Positions 8,029-18,126 of a stretch of 64,000 bases of DNA are shown here, one piece after another. This DNA comes from Candidatus Paceibacter sp. (GTDB taxonomy: Bacteria > Patescibacteriota > Patescibacteriia > Magasanikbacterales > UBA922). Position 1 is the first letter of the stretch, and each line of letters starts with the position of its first letter. The notes beneath the pieces were generated by a model. It searched no databases. It worked only from the letters and a program-made list of their open reading frames with translations, and had not been told where the DNA came from. The stretch lies in NCBI GenBank assembly GCA_020725175.1, contig DYFM01000002.1, positions 36,880-100,879 on the forward strand, written 5' to 3'. The position numbers were made by a program, and so were the translations under genes.

Positions 8029-9153
8029 CTACTCCACTCCAATTTTTGGTTTTTCAATCTCCAGCACTTCCACACTCTTCTCCCCTTCTGTGATCCGCAC
8101 CACATCTTTATCAATCTTTGCGAGCTCTCTGTACGCCGTATTATAGTGATTTACGGTTGTGGTCATACTGATACCAAGCTTTTTCATATATTCTTCGTAA
8201 GCTTGGATATGTTTTTGCAGAGTCTCAACATTTTTTCGAATTGCTTTGGCACTTTCTTCAATCCTCATGGCTCGAAGACCTTGCATCACGGTTTGTAGGT
8301 ATGCCGCAAAGGTGGTTGGGGAGACGATCACAACGTGTCGCTCGACAAACGCATAGTCAATCAAGTTTCGTGTATTTACTTTTACCGCACTCTTTACATC
8401 ATTGACTAGGAGATCATAATAAATTGCTTCGGACGGAATAAACATAAACGCAAAATCCAGTGTCCCCTCTTTTGGTTTGATATATTTCGCTGTTTCATCG
8501 AGGCGTTTTTTCAAATCATTTTTAAATTGTTTTTCGAGTTCCGCGCGCTTGGTCTCGTTTTCTTCGTGCACCAGTCGTTCATAGTTATCAAGAGAAAATT
8601 TGGCATCGACCGGAATAATGCCGTCTTTGGTTTGAATGGCTGCGTCCACCGTGTCTCCGTCGGAAAATTTGTACTGGAGTTGAAATGCGGTTGGTGGTAA
8701 AATGTTTTCAAGCACCAGTTGTAAACCAGCCTCACCAAGATTTCCGCGTTGTTTTTGGTGTTTTAGTACTTTTTCCAAATTCGCGAGCTGTTCAGAAAAT
8801 CCGATTACTTGTTGGTTTGTTTTATCAAGACTGGTCAGCTTCTCGGTAATTTCCGCTATCATTTTATTACTTTGCCCACTGATGGCTTGGATGACCTTGG
8901 TATTTTGTCCAAATTGATCTTGAAAAGTTTTGTGCAAATCCCGGGTTGTTTCTGACATGGCTTTGTTTGTTTCGGAAATTTTTTGGTCAACAGTTTTGTT
9001 TAGATCCTGCAGTTGTTGCTGAAGAAGAAGAAACAAGTTCTGCTCTCCCTCTTTTGGTTTTTGCGATTCCTGTAGTTTTTTGTATAAGAAAAAAATACCA
9101 GCAAGAGTGATGAGAAGGAGAATGGTGAGGAGGATAAGGAGAATGGTTTGCAT
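8029..9153 (-). CDS. rmuC: DNA recombination protein RmuC
   Basis: N-terminal TM helix, coiled coil, RGNLGE, PVDAKF, GTLDFAFMFIPSEAIY, VSPTT. Confidence 0.92.
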   Translation of the reverse strand: MQTILLILLTILLLITLAGIFFLYKKLQESQKPKEGEQNLFLLLQQQLQDLNKTVDQKISETNKAMSETTRDLHKTFQDQFGQNTKVIQAISGQSNKMIAEITEKLTSLDKTNQQVIGFSEQLANLEKVLKHQKQRGNLGEAGLQLVLENILPPTAFQLQYKFSDGDTVDAAIQTKDGIIPVDAKFSLDNYERLVHEENETKRAELEKQFKNDLKKRLDETAKYIKPKEGTLDFAFMFIPSEAIYYDLLVNDVKSAVKVNTRNLIDYAFVERHVVIVSPTTFAAYLQTVMQGLRAMRIEESAKAIRKNVETLQKHIQAYEEYMKKLGISMTTTVNHYNTAYRELAKIDKDVVRITEGEKSVEVLEIEKPKIGVE

Positions 9154-9428
9154 ATATTGAAGGCTTGGAATGCCTGGGAGGCTGGGAAGGCCGGAGAGGC
9201 TTATTGATTGAGTGTGTTGGTTCAGCGGAAGGAGCGGAAAAGTAACGGATCGTAACTTTAGGTATAGTGTAGTACAATTGTTGAGTTTTGTCATCTATTT
9301 TGAAGTGGGGTAGTGAGTCGGGGATTTCTTGATTTTCTTTTCTATTTACGGTACTATTCTCTTGTTCAATGATACTATATAATTTGTTATTATATTGTAC
9401 GACATAATATTTTAACTATAAAAATAAG

Positions 9429-9500
9429 GTTCTCGTAGTTCAATGGATAGAACAAGACACTCCTAACGTCTAGATACAGGTTCGATTCCTGTCGAGAACA
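9429..9500 (+). tRNA. tRNA-Arg(CCT)
   Basis: Cloverleaf GTTCTCG/CGAGAAC, loop CTCCTAA, TTCGATT T loop; CCA not encoded. Confidence 0.93.
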
Positions 9501-9508
9501 CATAATAG

Positions 9509-9637
9509 TCTCCACCCAAGGCAGCCTGTCCGCCTCGGGTGGAGATCAGCCTCCAGCTGACAATAAATAAAATAAATCCATCCTAAGGATAAGATGTGCA
9601 TTCTCCGACCCAGACGGATCCGCCCTGGGTGGAGATT
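9509..9637. repeat. Two GC-rich REP-like hairpins
   Basis: TCTCCACCC...GGGTGGAGA (9509-9545) and TCTCCGACCCAG...CTGGGTGGAGA (9602-9635). Confidence 0.65.
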
Positions 9638-9739
9638 CGTGCTGAGGCCACGCCACCTGATGGTGGAAATTCCAAATTGTAAGATACAATTTCCAAACTA
9701 GTGAGTTTTGCGACTTCCACACTTTTTTACTAAATCCCA

Positions 9740-10741
9740 CGTTTCACGTGAAACAAATATGAAGCGACTTGTATTAGCAACAAAAAATCCAGCGAAGGTA
9801 CGTTGATATAAGGCGTTGTTGAGAGGTGTGCCTGGATTGAATTTACTTTCATTGGCAGATTTTCCTACTACTCCGCCTGTCGAGGAGCCATTTATGACCG
9901 CTGAGGAAAACGCGTGACACAAGGCCAAGGAATACAGTCGTTTGCTTAACGAGGATGTCCTTACAATTGATGAAGCTTTGTCTGTTGATTTTCTTTCCGA
10001 TGAAGAGCAGCCTGGTGTACATGTAAGGAGAGTCGATCGGTCGAGCGAAGCGACAGATCAAGAAATCTATAATTACTGGAAGGGAAAAGTTGCTCAGGCC
10101 GGCAGAGAATGTGCAGGCTACTTTAGACAAGCACTCTGTATTTGCACAGTAAGTGGGATTCTCTTTGAGAAAACTACTGATAGACATTTCTTTTTTGCCA
10201 ACCCACCCTCCTTTCACTATTCTCCCAGCTATCCTTTTTCTGTTTTTAGGTTTGATCCAGGAGCGCAGAAGACGTATTCTGAGTTTTCTGACGAGGAGAA
10301 GTATGAAGTAGATAGAAAAGATTTGCACTGCATCTACTCTTTGATTGAAGAATTTTTGAGAGCTAAGTAATTTTGTATACAATATTGTAGACAAATTCCT
10401 AGAAGTGGGAATTTTTTGTTTCATATGAAACATTTTTTTATTATAAAATGTAAATTTTACGGCTCAACTGTCCGTTAATGGCCAAACTAATACGTTTCAC
10501 GTGAAACATATATCGTTTAGTAACTTATCTGTTGATCATGTAGGGATATGAAATTGAGTATTGTTTCACGTGAAACATGTTTAGTGATTTGAGAAATTTA
10601 ATTATAGATACAGATGATAAATAGTTCAGTTGGTTAGCCGGTCATATATTTTCTAGCGAGCTATTAGTTAATTATACATCAAGTGACACATTAGTTGTGT
10701 GGGAGTCTAGAAAGGTTCTTCATAATGTTTCATGTGAAACA
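9740..10741. promoter_or_regulatory. parS: Cluster of five parS sites
   Basis: YGTTTCAYRTGAAACA at 9740-9755, 10417-10432, 10493-10508, 10562-10577, 10726-10741; matches the canonical ParB site TGTTTCACGTGAAACA. Confidence 0.9.
9759..10370 (+). pseudogene. HAM1/RdgB-family NTP pyrophosphatase with two in-frame TGA
   Basis: MKRLVLATKNPAK, VEE..T.EENA*.KA, DE.L.VD.L...PGV; TGA at 9804 and 9915. Confidence 0.8.
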
Positions 10742-10747
10742 AGTAAA

Positions 10748-10910
10748 TTGGGATAACTCTGTGGATAAGTGGATAACTCTGGGGATAAAGTAGTGTTGGT
10801 GTTGATAAGAAAGGAAGTGTTTGTAGAACAAGCTGATTAAAAACATTAATAAATTAAAAAAATACTTTAATTTGAATATATAATGCAGTCGTACAATATA
10901 TATAGAAATA
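10748..10910. other. oriC: Probable oriC: DnaA boxes plus AT-rich unwinding tract
   Basis: TGTGGATAA at 10760 plus four co-oriented variants (10748, 10768, 10780, 10800), then AT-rich tract; adjacent parS cluster. Confidence 0.75.
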
Positions 10911-11396
10911 GAAGTGTGTTGTTCAAAAAATATTCTTTACTACAATGTGTCATGGTGGTTCGTGGAGCTATTTTAGTTTTTAGTTTATTTTTAGTTATGG
11001 CGGGTAAGCAAGCGGATATGTACCACGGGAAACCATTATCTTTATGAATTTTATCTATTTTTTATGATGCTGACAGAGGCTTCTTGCTATCTATTCTTTT
11101 TTTAGAACTGACAAGACCAAGTACACTTGGGGGGTCTATATCGTAGATTGGGGTTGTATATCACTCTTATGCTTATTGTTTATATGGTATTGGCGAGTTT
11201 CTTTTCTGTCGCAAATAATTTTTAGTTCAAGGTAGAGACCGATTGGTTATGGAAATATACGTGTGGTACGTCCGTTATTCTTTTAATATCAGTTGTGCTG
11301 GGCGGGGTGTATCGTACTTGTGAGGCGAAAATCTGATCAGCTGCTTTCATCTTTAGTCTAGAAATGGTATACTATGTTCGTTCATATTATTCTTCT

Positions 11397-13127
11397 ATGT
11401 TGCTTGAAAAAGAATTAAAAACAATTGTGACTGATTACCTACATCTTTCCAGTAAAGACCTTTTAGGTTATGAGAAGCAAGCGAAGAAGATTAATAAACC
11501 ACTTGAACAATATTTACTTGATGAAAATATTGTTGGTGAAAATGATTTATATGCGGCTGCGGCAAAATTGTTTGAAGTGCCATTTGTTTCTTTGAAAGGA
11601 AAAGAGATTAAGAAAGACACATTGAATCTAGTGCCAGCTCCGATGGCACAGACACATCACTTGATTGCGTTTGACAGTAATAAAAATGAAGTATCATTGG
11701 CTCTCTTGGATCCGGAAGATATTGAGACCATTGAATTTATTCGTCGGAAAACTGGATTAAGTCCAAAAATTTTCTTAGCAACACCGAGTGATATCAAGAC
11801 TGCACTTCGTCGATATCATGCGGACCTGGAGCAAGATATTAATATTGTGCAAATTTCTGATACAGATGGAGAAGATGGTTCGCAGGATTTGAAAAAAGCA
11901 GCCGAAGAACTACCGGTCGTAAATATTGTAAACAGTATTGTTGAACATGCGGTCTATGAAGACGCGAGTGATATTCATATTGAACCAACTGAAACAGAAG
12001 TAGTGGTACGTTACCGTATTGATGGAGAACTCCACCCGGTGATGTCACTTCCAAAAGCTGTCCAAAGTGGTATAGTGGCGCGTATCAAAGTATTGTCAAA
12101 CTTGAAAATTGATGAACACATGGTACCGCAGGATGGGCGATTTAAAATACAGGTACAGGAAGAAAAGTATGCCTTTCGTGTTTCCATTATTCCGGTGTAT
12201 GACGGAGAAAAGATTGTGATGCGTTTGCTGAACGAAGGACAGAAACCACTCACACTTGATCAGTTGGGATTTTTACCAAGTGTGCAGGAAATTATCAATC
12301 GCTCCATTAGTAAACCGCACGGTATGGTGATTGTAACCGGGCCAACCGGATCCGGTAAAACCACGACGTTGTACTCAATGCTCGGAATGCTCAATCAACC
12401 AGATGTCAACATTTCGACCGCCGAAGATCCGGTGGAATATCATGTAAAGGGAGTAAACCAGAGCCAAATGAATCCAAAGGTTGGGTTTACGTTTGCGGCA
12501 GCACTTCGATCATTCCTTCGTCAGGATCCGGATATTATTATGGTAGGAGAAATACGTGACCAAGAAACCGCCGAGATTGCTATTCATGCGGCGATGACCG
12601 GTCACTTGGTATTGTCTACCCTTCATACCAATGATGCGCCAACGACAATTCCACGTTTGCTTGATATGGACATTCCACCGTTTTTGGTGGCGTTTACGAT
12701 GAATGTGATTATTGCCCAACGTTTGGTGCGACGGATTTGTCAGTATTGCAAAAAGGAATATCATTTGGAAAAAGACGCGATCAAAGAATTGGAACGGTTA
12801 TTTAACGTCGATAAATTGACGAAGTTGTTTCTTTCACAAAAGCTGGATTTGAAAAAAGAGGAAAAGACATTGCAGTCGATGACTTTTTACCGAGGTGAAG
12901 GTTGTGGGCGTTGCAATAACTCTGGATATAAAGGACGGGTGGGTATTTATGAGGCACTGGAGATGGATAAAAAATTGATAGAAATGGTAAACGCTCGTGG
13001 GACTGCGGAACAAATCAAAGACTATGCCGTAGCGCAAGGAATGGTCACGATCATGGAAGATGGGCTTATTAAGGCGAAGCAGGGAGTGACGACGATTGAA
13101 GAGGTATTGAGGGCGACACGAGAGTGA
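11397..13127 (+). CDS. pilB: Type IV pilus assembly ATPase PilB/GspE
   Basis: ASDIHIEP, PQDGR, GPTGSGKTTT, EDPVE, LRQDPDIIMVGEIRD, GHLVLSTLH, tetracysteine motif. Confidence 0.95.
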   Translation: MLLEKELKTIVTDYLHLSSKDLLGYEKQAKKINKPLEQYLLDENIVGENDLYAAAAKLFEVPFVSLKGKEIKKDTLNLVPAPMAQTHHLIAFDSNKNEVSLALLDPEDIETIEFIRRKTGLSPKIFLATPSDIKTALRRYHADLEQDINIVQISDTDGEDGSQDLKKAAEELPVVNIVNSIVEHAVYEDASDIHIEPTETEVVVRYRIDGELHPVMSLPKAVQSGIVARIKVLSNLKIDEHMVPQDGRFKIQVQEEKYAFRVSIIPVYDGEKIVMRLLNEGQKPLTLDQLGFLPSVQEIINRSISKPHGMVIVTGPTGSGKTTTLYSMLGMLNQPDVNISTAEDPVEYHVKGVNQSQMNPKVGFTFAAALRSFLRQDPDIIMVGEIRDQETAEIAIHAAMTGHLVLSTLHTNDAPTTIPRLLDMDIPPFLVAFTMNVIIAQRLVRRICQYCKKEYHLEKDAIKELERLFNVDKLTKLFLSQKLDLKKEEKTLQSMTFYRGEGCGRCNNSGYKGRVGIYEALEMDKKLIEMVNARGTAEQIKDYAVAQGMVTIMEDGLIKAKQGVTTIEEVLRATRE

Positions 13128-13478
13128 TGGTGAAATAACGAAATCAGTCTCCGCTGCGCTGCGCCTGACAAGTTGTGAAATAACGAAATATAGTGCGGTT
13201 TTACACGCGGCCGCTCATGGGGAATGTGAGATTACGTCTATAGCCATTGCCTATAATGATATTGCGAAAAAAAGAAATGAAAACCAAACAGTGTATCCGT
13301 GTCCATCTGTAAGCAAGTATTATACGAAAGTTATCTCCGATCACGAATAAATGCAGATATATTGATAATTGAAAATGGAGTTGTTGTTGATCGAATCAAA
13401 TTACTTGATATGATGAGTCGTCCATGGCCGAGCGTAGGTGGGGTATAATAAGTTCGTTGATTATGTATTATGTGATAT

Positions 13479-13796
13479 ATGTCACATAACACATATAAAT
13501 TTATGCAACAAAAGTCACATACACTGCCAAAGCGTGTTGGAGTAAAAGTACCAATGATTATTTCTCTGTTTGCATTGATTGGTTTCGGTTCTGTGGTGTT
13601 GTCCTCTGTCCCCTTATTACCGGCATTCAATGAAAGGAACCCAAATGCTTGGCAGCAGAATAATTATTGTGCTGCCATCGGTGCTTTTCCGGGGAAGGAG
13701 TGTAATGGTGGTATATACTGTGACGCCTCCTGTAAGATAAAACAATTGTTTACCCCAATTCCTTACACAGTCGAAGGGGGTGTGAAAACTACATAG
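13479..13796 (+). CDS. N-terminal part (TM/signal, Cys-rich) of a probable secreted peptidase
   Basis: Hydrophobic N-terminal stretch; one extra G in G5 at 13776-13780 would join it to the next ORF. Confidence 0.5.
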   Translation: MSHNTYKFMQQKSHTLPKRVGVKVPMIISLFALIGFGSVVLSSVPLLPAFNERNPNAWQQNNYCAAIGAFPGKECNGGIYCDASCKIKQLFTPIPYTVEGGVKTT

Positions 13797-13813
13797 TTTC
13801 CATAGGAGATAAG

Positions 13814-15043
13814 GTGGATGTTGGAAATAATATGAATATCCGGATTGAAAGCATTGAAGAAAAAGCAAATACAAATTATGGAATTCTTGTAAGGTATTCT
13901 GTTTGGGGCAAAGATTCTGTATCAAATGTATGTTCTACTATGGATGCTGGTGGAGAATTTTGGACAAACCTTGCTGGTTATCAGTTTCGAGAGTTTACCG
14001 ATTCGTTTATAGTGCTAACGGAAGTTGATAAGAAAAAAGTAACTCTGACAAAATATACCGGAAAACAGGCAAAGAAAAAATGTCTTGAGCTGGCAGATTG
14101 GAAGAAACAAATAGCATGCAACTTGTATCCAGATGATGATCGGGAGTATGTTGAAAATAATACTTTTCGAATTTACCAGACAAAAGGCACACCATTCTAT
14201 GACACACAATTTGTTTTACTTGCGCTAGAAAATTGTTATAATAAAATGAAACAAATTTTTCCAAATATTAGCTACAGACATGCCAAAGCAAATCGATTTC
14301 AGGTATATCAAAGTGAGGGAACGTGGCCATCAGCTGATTATGAGAGAATTAGTATTCCTCAGTATATATTGAATACATATGAGTATGAATCAAAATTAAT
14401 AGGTATAGAAAATTTATATCCAAAAATACAGGATAATTCCTGCCCTTTTTCTTTCGACTTTATTCCACATGAATTAACCCACCTAGTGTTTGCGGATACT
14501 TTTTTACAGCGGCCGTATGATGGTTACCTGGCAACTGAAGTAACAGAAAAAAAAAGCATTCCCTCACTTAATGAAGGATTCGCTGAGTTTGTTCCTTATT
14601 TAATTGCAAAAAAACAACCTGATGTTGTTGCTAAATCATATATTGATCAACGGACAAAGTTTTGTGGAAAAGACGCGCTGTTGGATGTTGATAATATGGG
14701 CATTCCGGATGAGCAATTGTTATACAAAAATATTTTAGAAGGAAATGGATATTTGCAATCTCACTACAATATGGGCTTTTGTTTCTACAAACGAGTTGAG
14801 GATGAATGTGGTGAAGAGGTGTTGACAGGACTCATAAATGAAGAGGTTCTTATAGCAGGATCAATTCGGAGTTATCCATCTTTTTTTGGTAAACTGGCTA
14901 ATTCTTGTGGGAAAGAAAAAATACAGGAAATTATGACGGACTATGGATTTGATGTAGGACTCATAGATGTGCACCGTCAAATCCCGAACACCGGCTTCTC
15001 TTCTGGGCAGCAAGTAATGGGGTGTACATTATCAAGATCCTGA
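13814..15043 (+). CDS. Gluzincin-like zinc metallopeptidase domain protein
   Basis: HELTH followed by NEGFAEF. Confidence 0.7.
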   Translation: MDVGNNMNIRIESIEEKANTNYGILVRYSVWGKDSVSNVCSTMDAGGEFWTNLAGYQFREFTDSFIVLTEVDKKKVTLTKYTGKQAKKKCLELADWKKQIACNLYPDDDREYVENNTFRIYQTKGTPFYDTQFVLLALENCYNKMKQIFPNISYRHAKANRFQVYQSEGTWPSADYERISIPQYILNTYEYESKLIGIENLYPKIQDNSCPFSFDFIPHELTHLVFADTFLQRPYDGYLATEVTEKKSIPSLNEGFAEFVPYLIAKKQPDVVAKSYIDQRTKFCGKDALLDVDNMGIPDEQLLYKNILEGNGYLQSHYNMGFCFYKRVEDECGEEVLTGLINEEVLIAGSIRSYPSFFGKLANSCGKEKIQEIMTDYGFDVGLIDVHRQIPNTGFSSGQQVMGCTLSRS

Positions 15044-15050
15044 AATCACT

Positions 15051-16163
15051 ATGAAACAAAAAAAAGAACCATCGGCATTTGAAAAAAAGATGAACGATTT
15101 TATCGCTCAGTATTTGACGTCGGTGCCGTTGGTGCAGAAATTGTTTTTTGTGGATCACTTGCGCGTGATGGTGAAGGCGGGATTGTCTCTCATTGAGGCA
15201 CTTGATGTCATGAGTAAAGAAATGGAGAATGCAAAGTTGAAATTGGTGGTGGGAGAGTTGAAAGCAGATGTGGAAAAAGGAACACAGCTCAGTGAAGCCA
15301 TGAAAAAACATCCGAAAGTTTTTCCGACCATGTACATTCATATGATTGAAGCCGGGGAAGTGGCTGGAAAAATGGAAGAGGCACTGGAACAAGTAGAAAT
15401 TCAAATGCGTAAATCACACGAACTCACATCGGCGGTGCGAGGAGCCATGATTTACCCGGCTGTGGTGTTGACAGCGATGTTGTCGGTTGGTGTCATGATG
15501 GCAGTGTTTGTGCTCCCCAAATTACTGGAAGTGTTTAAAGAGTTTGATGCAGAATTGCCACTTATGACACGCATCCTCATACAAGTAATTGATGTTACAA
15601 AAGAACCTCTCAATATGGTCATGATTGTAGGAGTACTGGTTGGACTTGTGGCCGCATTTATTTATGGATTGAAAAAAAGTCCCGGGTTCAAGCATGGGGT
15701 GCACACGATGAATGTGCATTTGCCGATAGCCGGAAAGATTATCAAAAAAATAAATTTAGCCCGATTTTCATTAACCCTTTCATCACTTCTGAAAAGTACC
15801 ATTCCTATTATTGACGCGACCGACATTACCGCGGAGACGTGTGGGAATGTATTGTATCGAGATGCATTACACAAGGCGGCGGAAGAGATAAAAACCGGCA
15901 AACCGTTGTCGGAAATATTAAGTCGATACGAGAAATTGTTCCCCCCAATGGTAACAGAAATGGTAATGGTCGGTGAGCGTTCAGGACAAGTGGACCAACT
16001 ACTCGAAGAGTTGGCAAATTTTTATAATGACGATGTTAGTAAAACTATGAAAAACTTTTCGACCATTATTGAACCGGTTATTATTTTGATTTTGGGTGTC
16101 GCGGTGGCAGTGATGGCTGTGGCGGTGATAATGCCGATGTATTCGCTTGCGCAGAGTTTTTAG
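15051..16163 (+). CDS. pilC: Type IV pilus platform protein PilC/GspF
   Basis: G..LSEAM.KHPKVF, AGE..G, AMIYP, ELPLMT, VGERSG, IIEP. Confidence 0.95.
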   Translation: MKQKKEPSAFEKKMNDFIAQYLTSVPLVQKLFFVDHLRVMVKAGLSLIEALDVMSKEMENAKLKLVVGELKADVEKGTQLSEAMKKHPKVFPTMYIHMIEAGEVAGKMEEALEQVEIQMRKSHELTSAVRGAMIYPAVVLTAMLSVGVMMAVFVLPKLLEVFKEFDAELPLMTRILIQVIDVTKEPLNMVMIVGVLVGLVAAFIYGLKKSPGFKHGVHTMNVHLPIAGKIIKKINLARFSLTLSSLLKSTIPIIDATDITAETCGNVLYRDALHKAAEEIKTGKPLSEILSRYEKLFPPMVTEMVMVGERSGQVDQLLEELANFYNDDVSKTMKNFSTIIEPVIILILGVAVAVMAVAVIMPMYSLAQSF

Positions 16164-16164
16164 G

Positions 16165-16344
16165 ATGTTACGGATTACGGATAATACGGAGATACGGATA
16201 ATTGTTTTGCAAAGTAAGCTGGTAGGTAGAATAGGTAGAGTAAGCTTATAAATTGTATCTAGCGTACTCTGCTTACTCTGCCTACTTGCATATTCTGCCC
16301 CAACACAATATCCGTAACTCCGTATTATCCGTAATCCGTAACAT
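16165..16344. repeat. Nested palindrome: outer TACGGA units, inner GYAGAGTA units
   Basis: ATGTTACGGATTACGGATAATACGGAG ... CTCCGTATTATCCGTAATCCGTAACAT enclosing GTAGAGTAAGC ... GCTTACTCTGC. Confidence 0.85.
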
Positions 16345-16363
16345 TCAATAGTAGCTCGAACAT

Positions 16364-17473
16364 ATGTTGTTCCAACCATTCCCCAACGCCTTTGGCATTG
16401 ATATCAGTGACCTTTCCATTAAAGTGGTTCAGCTTCGTGGTGGGTCGATGTTTGGGAAGAAAAAAGAATATGAACTGGTAACTGCCCGATCAATGGCTTT
16501 GCCGCCGGGATTAATTGAAAATGGAGAACTGAAACAACCGACGGCTGTTTTGAAGTATATTCGTCGCGTGTTGGATGGCAATGGATCTTCGGTTAAGCCG
16601 ATAAAAAGTCCTTGGGCGGTGGCATCCTTGCCAGAATCACAAAGTTTTTTAAAAGTACTCACTATTCAAAAGCCGGCTGATGACATTTTGGAAGATGATG
16701 TGGTTTTTGTCGCGCAAAAACATATTCCATTTGAGCCGGATACCTATTATCTTGATTGGCAAGTTCTTGCGACCCACGCCAATGCGGTGGATAAAACATC
16801 TGTCTTGGTAGCTACCATATCGAAGACTGTTGCTGATACATATACTACTCTTTTGGAAGAAGCTGGTCTTGGGGTGGTTGCACTTGATACTGAAACATTG
16901 GCAAATACTCGAGCCATGATGCTCGCGACTGATGTGACGAAGCAGGAAACAATTGCGTTTCTTGACCTCGGTGCGGATCGATCAAGCGTAACAGTACTGG
17001 AAAAAGGGGTAATACGGTACAGTATCAATTTGGTTTTTTCCGGGGAACAACTCACTAATCACTTGATGCAAAAATTGAAAATACCATATGAAGAGGCCGA
17101 ACGAGAAAAGCGCATCGTGGGAGTCGCGTATGCGAAGGGTGAGAAGGGAAAGGAAAAAAAACAAAAAGCAATTTGGAGTGAAAATATGAAGGCGGTAGAA
17201 GAATTGGCGGTAGAAGTGGAACGAGCGCTCCACTATTACTATTCACATTTTGATAAAACAAGTAAGGTTACCAGAATTGTTATGTCAGGAGGGGCGGCAC
17301 AAATGAAGGGTTTGGGGAGCGTACTAGAGGAGCAGTTGAAGGTACCGGTTACACTAGGAGATCCGTGGACGCATGTTCGCAAAGCAACCGACCTTGAGTG
17401 TTACCGTCAGGGTTGTGCATATTTTTCTACCGCTCTTGGTTTGTCTATTCGTGCATTGGAGAGTCCGTTATAG
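16364..17473 (+). CDS. pilM: Type IV pilus assembly protein PilM
   Basis: FGIDISD..IK, LDLGA, SGGAA..GL, ALGL; actin-like fold motifs, follows pilC. Confidence 0.92.
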   Translation: MLFQPFPNAFGIDISDLSIKVVQLRGGSMFGKKKEYELVTARSMALPPGLIENGELKQPTAVLKYIRRVLDGNGSSVKPIKSPWAVASLPESQSFLKVLTIQKPADDILEDDVVFVAQKHIPFEPDTYYLDWQVLATHANAVDKTSVLVATISKTVADTYTTLLEEAGLGVVALDTETLANTRAMMLATDVTKQETIAFLDLGADRSSVTVLEKGVIRYSINLVFSGEQLTNHLMQKLKIPYEEAEREKRIVGVAYAKGEKGKEKKQKAIWSENMKAVEELAVEVERALHYYYSHFDKTSKVTRIVMSGGAAQMKGLGSVLEEQLKVPVTLGDPWTHVRKATDLECYRQGCAYFSTALGLSIRALESPL

Positions 17474-17565
17474 CACGAAGGGTGTGCTATTAACAGCGTG
17501 TTTGTTATTACTAAGAATCATCGTGTTGGTTTGAAGTAGTGTGTGAAGTTGTGATATTTCATTAT

Positions 17566-18117
17566 ATGTATCTTCCATCCATCAATTTACTTTCACCGGA
17601 AAAACGACAACATATTCGACATATGGGAACGTTGCAGTTTTTCAAGAGTATACTTGAAATCGGGCTTGTCATGTTGAGCGTGGTGAGTATTATTTTGGTT
17701 GGGGGATGGTGGATACTACAACAACATTTTCGAGACCTTACGGCACAGTTGACAGCTGTCGCAGATACGTACGCGATAAGTAATAAAAAAATTCACGATG
17801 TAAATGAGGCAGTGCAGCAGGCGTATGAACTGCAAAAACGTCATACGATTTGGACACCGCTTTTGGCTGAAGTATCAAACGCACTTCCCTCCGGGATCGT
17901 GCTGTCTCACTTGACGCTCAATACCTCAAACAACAGTATTGGATTTATCGGAACAGCGAAGACTCGGGATGATTTGCTAAGGTTTGAAACAGATATAGAG
18001 GAACTGCCGTTTATCGGGGAACTCATAATTCCGCTCAATCAGTTGGCAGAAAAAGAAAACATTTCATTTTCTCTCTCAGCAGAACTTGTACTGGATACAG
18101 ATAAGAAAAAGAAGTAA
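17566..18117 (+). CDS. pilN: PilN-like protein
   Basis: INLL motif, single TM, coiled coil, LP.GIVL, G.A.TR. Confidence 0.8.
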   Translation: MYLPSINLLSPEKRQHIRHMGTLQFFKSILEIGLVMLSVVSIILVGGWWILQQHFRDLTAQLTAVADTYAISNKKIHDVNEAVQQAYELQKRHTIWTPLLAEVSNALPSGIVLSHLTLNTSNNSIGFIGTAKTRDDLLRFETDIEELPFIGELIIPLNQLAEKENISFSLSAELVLDTDKKKK

Positions 18118-18126
18118 TCTATCTCT

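Noticed and set aside
9759-10370. Genome-wide UGA=Gly recoding (code 25)
   Set aside because: Conserved genes end at TGA in the expected places and long core ORFs have no internal TGA.
9740-10741. CRISPR array from the recurring GTTTCAC...GAAAC palindrome
   Set aside because: Only 16 bp, irregular spacing (about 50-660 nt), no cas genes; it matches parS.
10917-11337. Possible decayed membrane-protein gene beside oriC
   Set aside because: Hydrophobic fragments broken by several stops, no recognisable family; T-rich DNA gives this pattern by chance.
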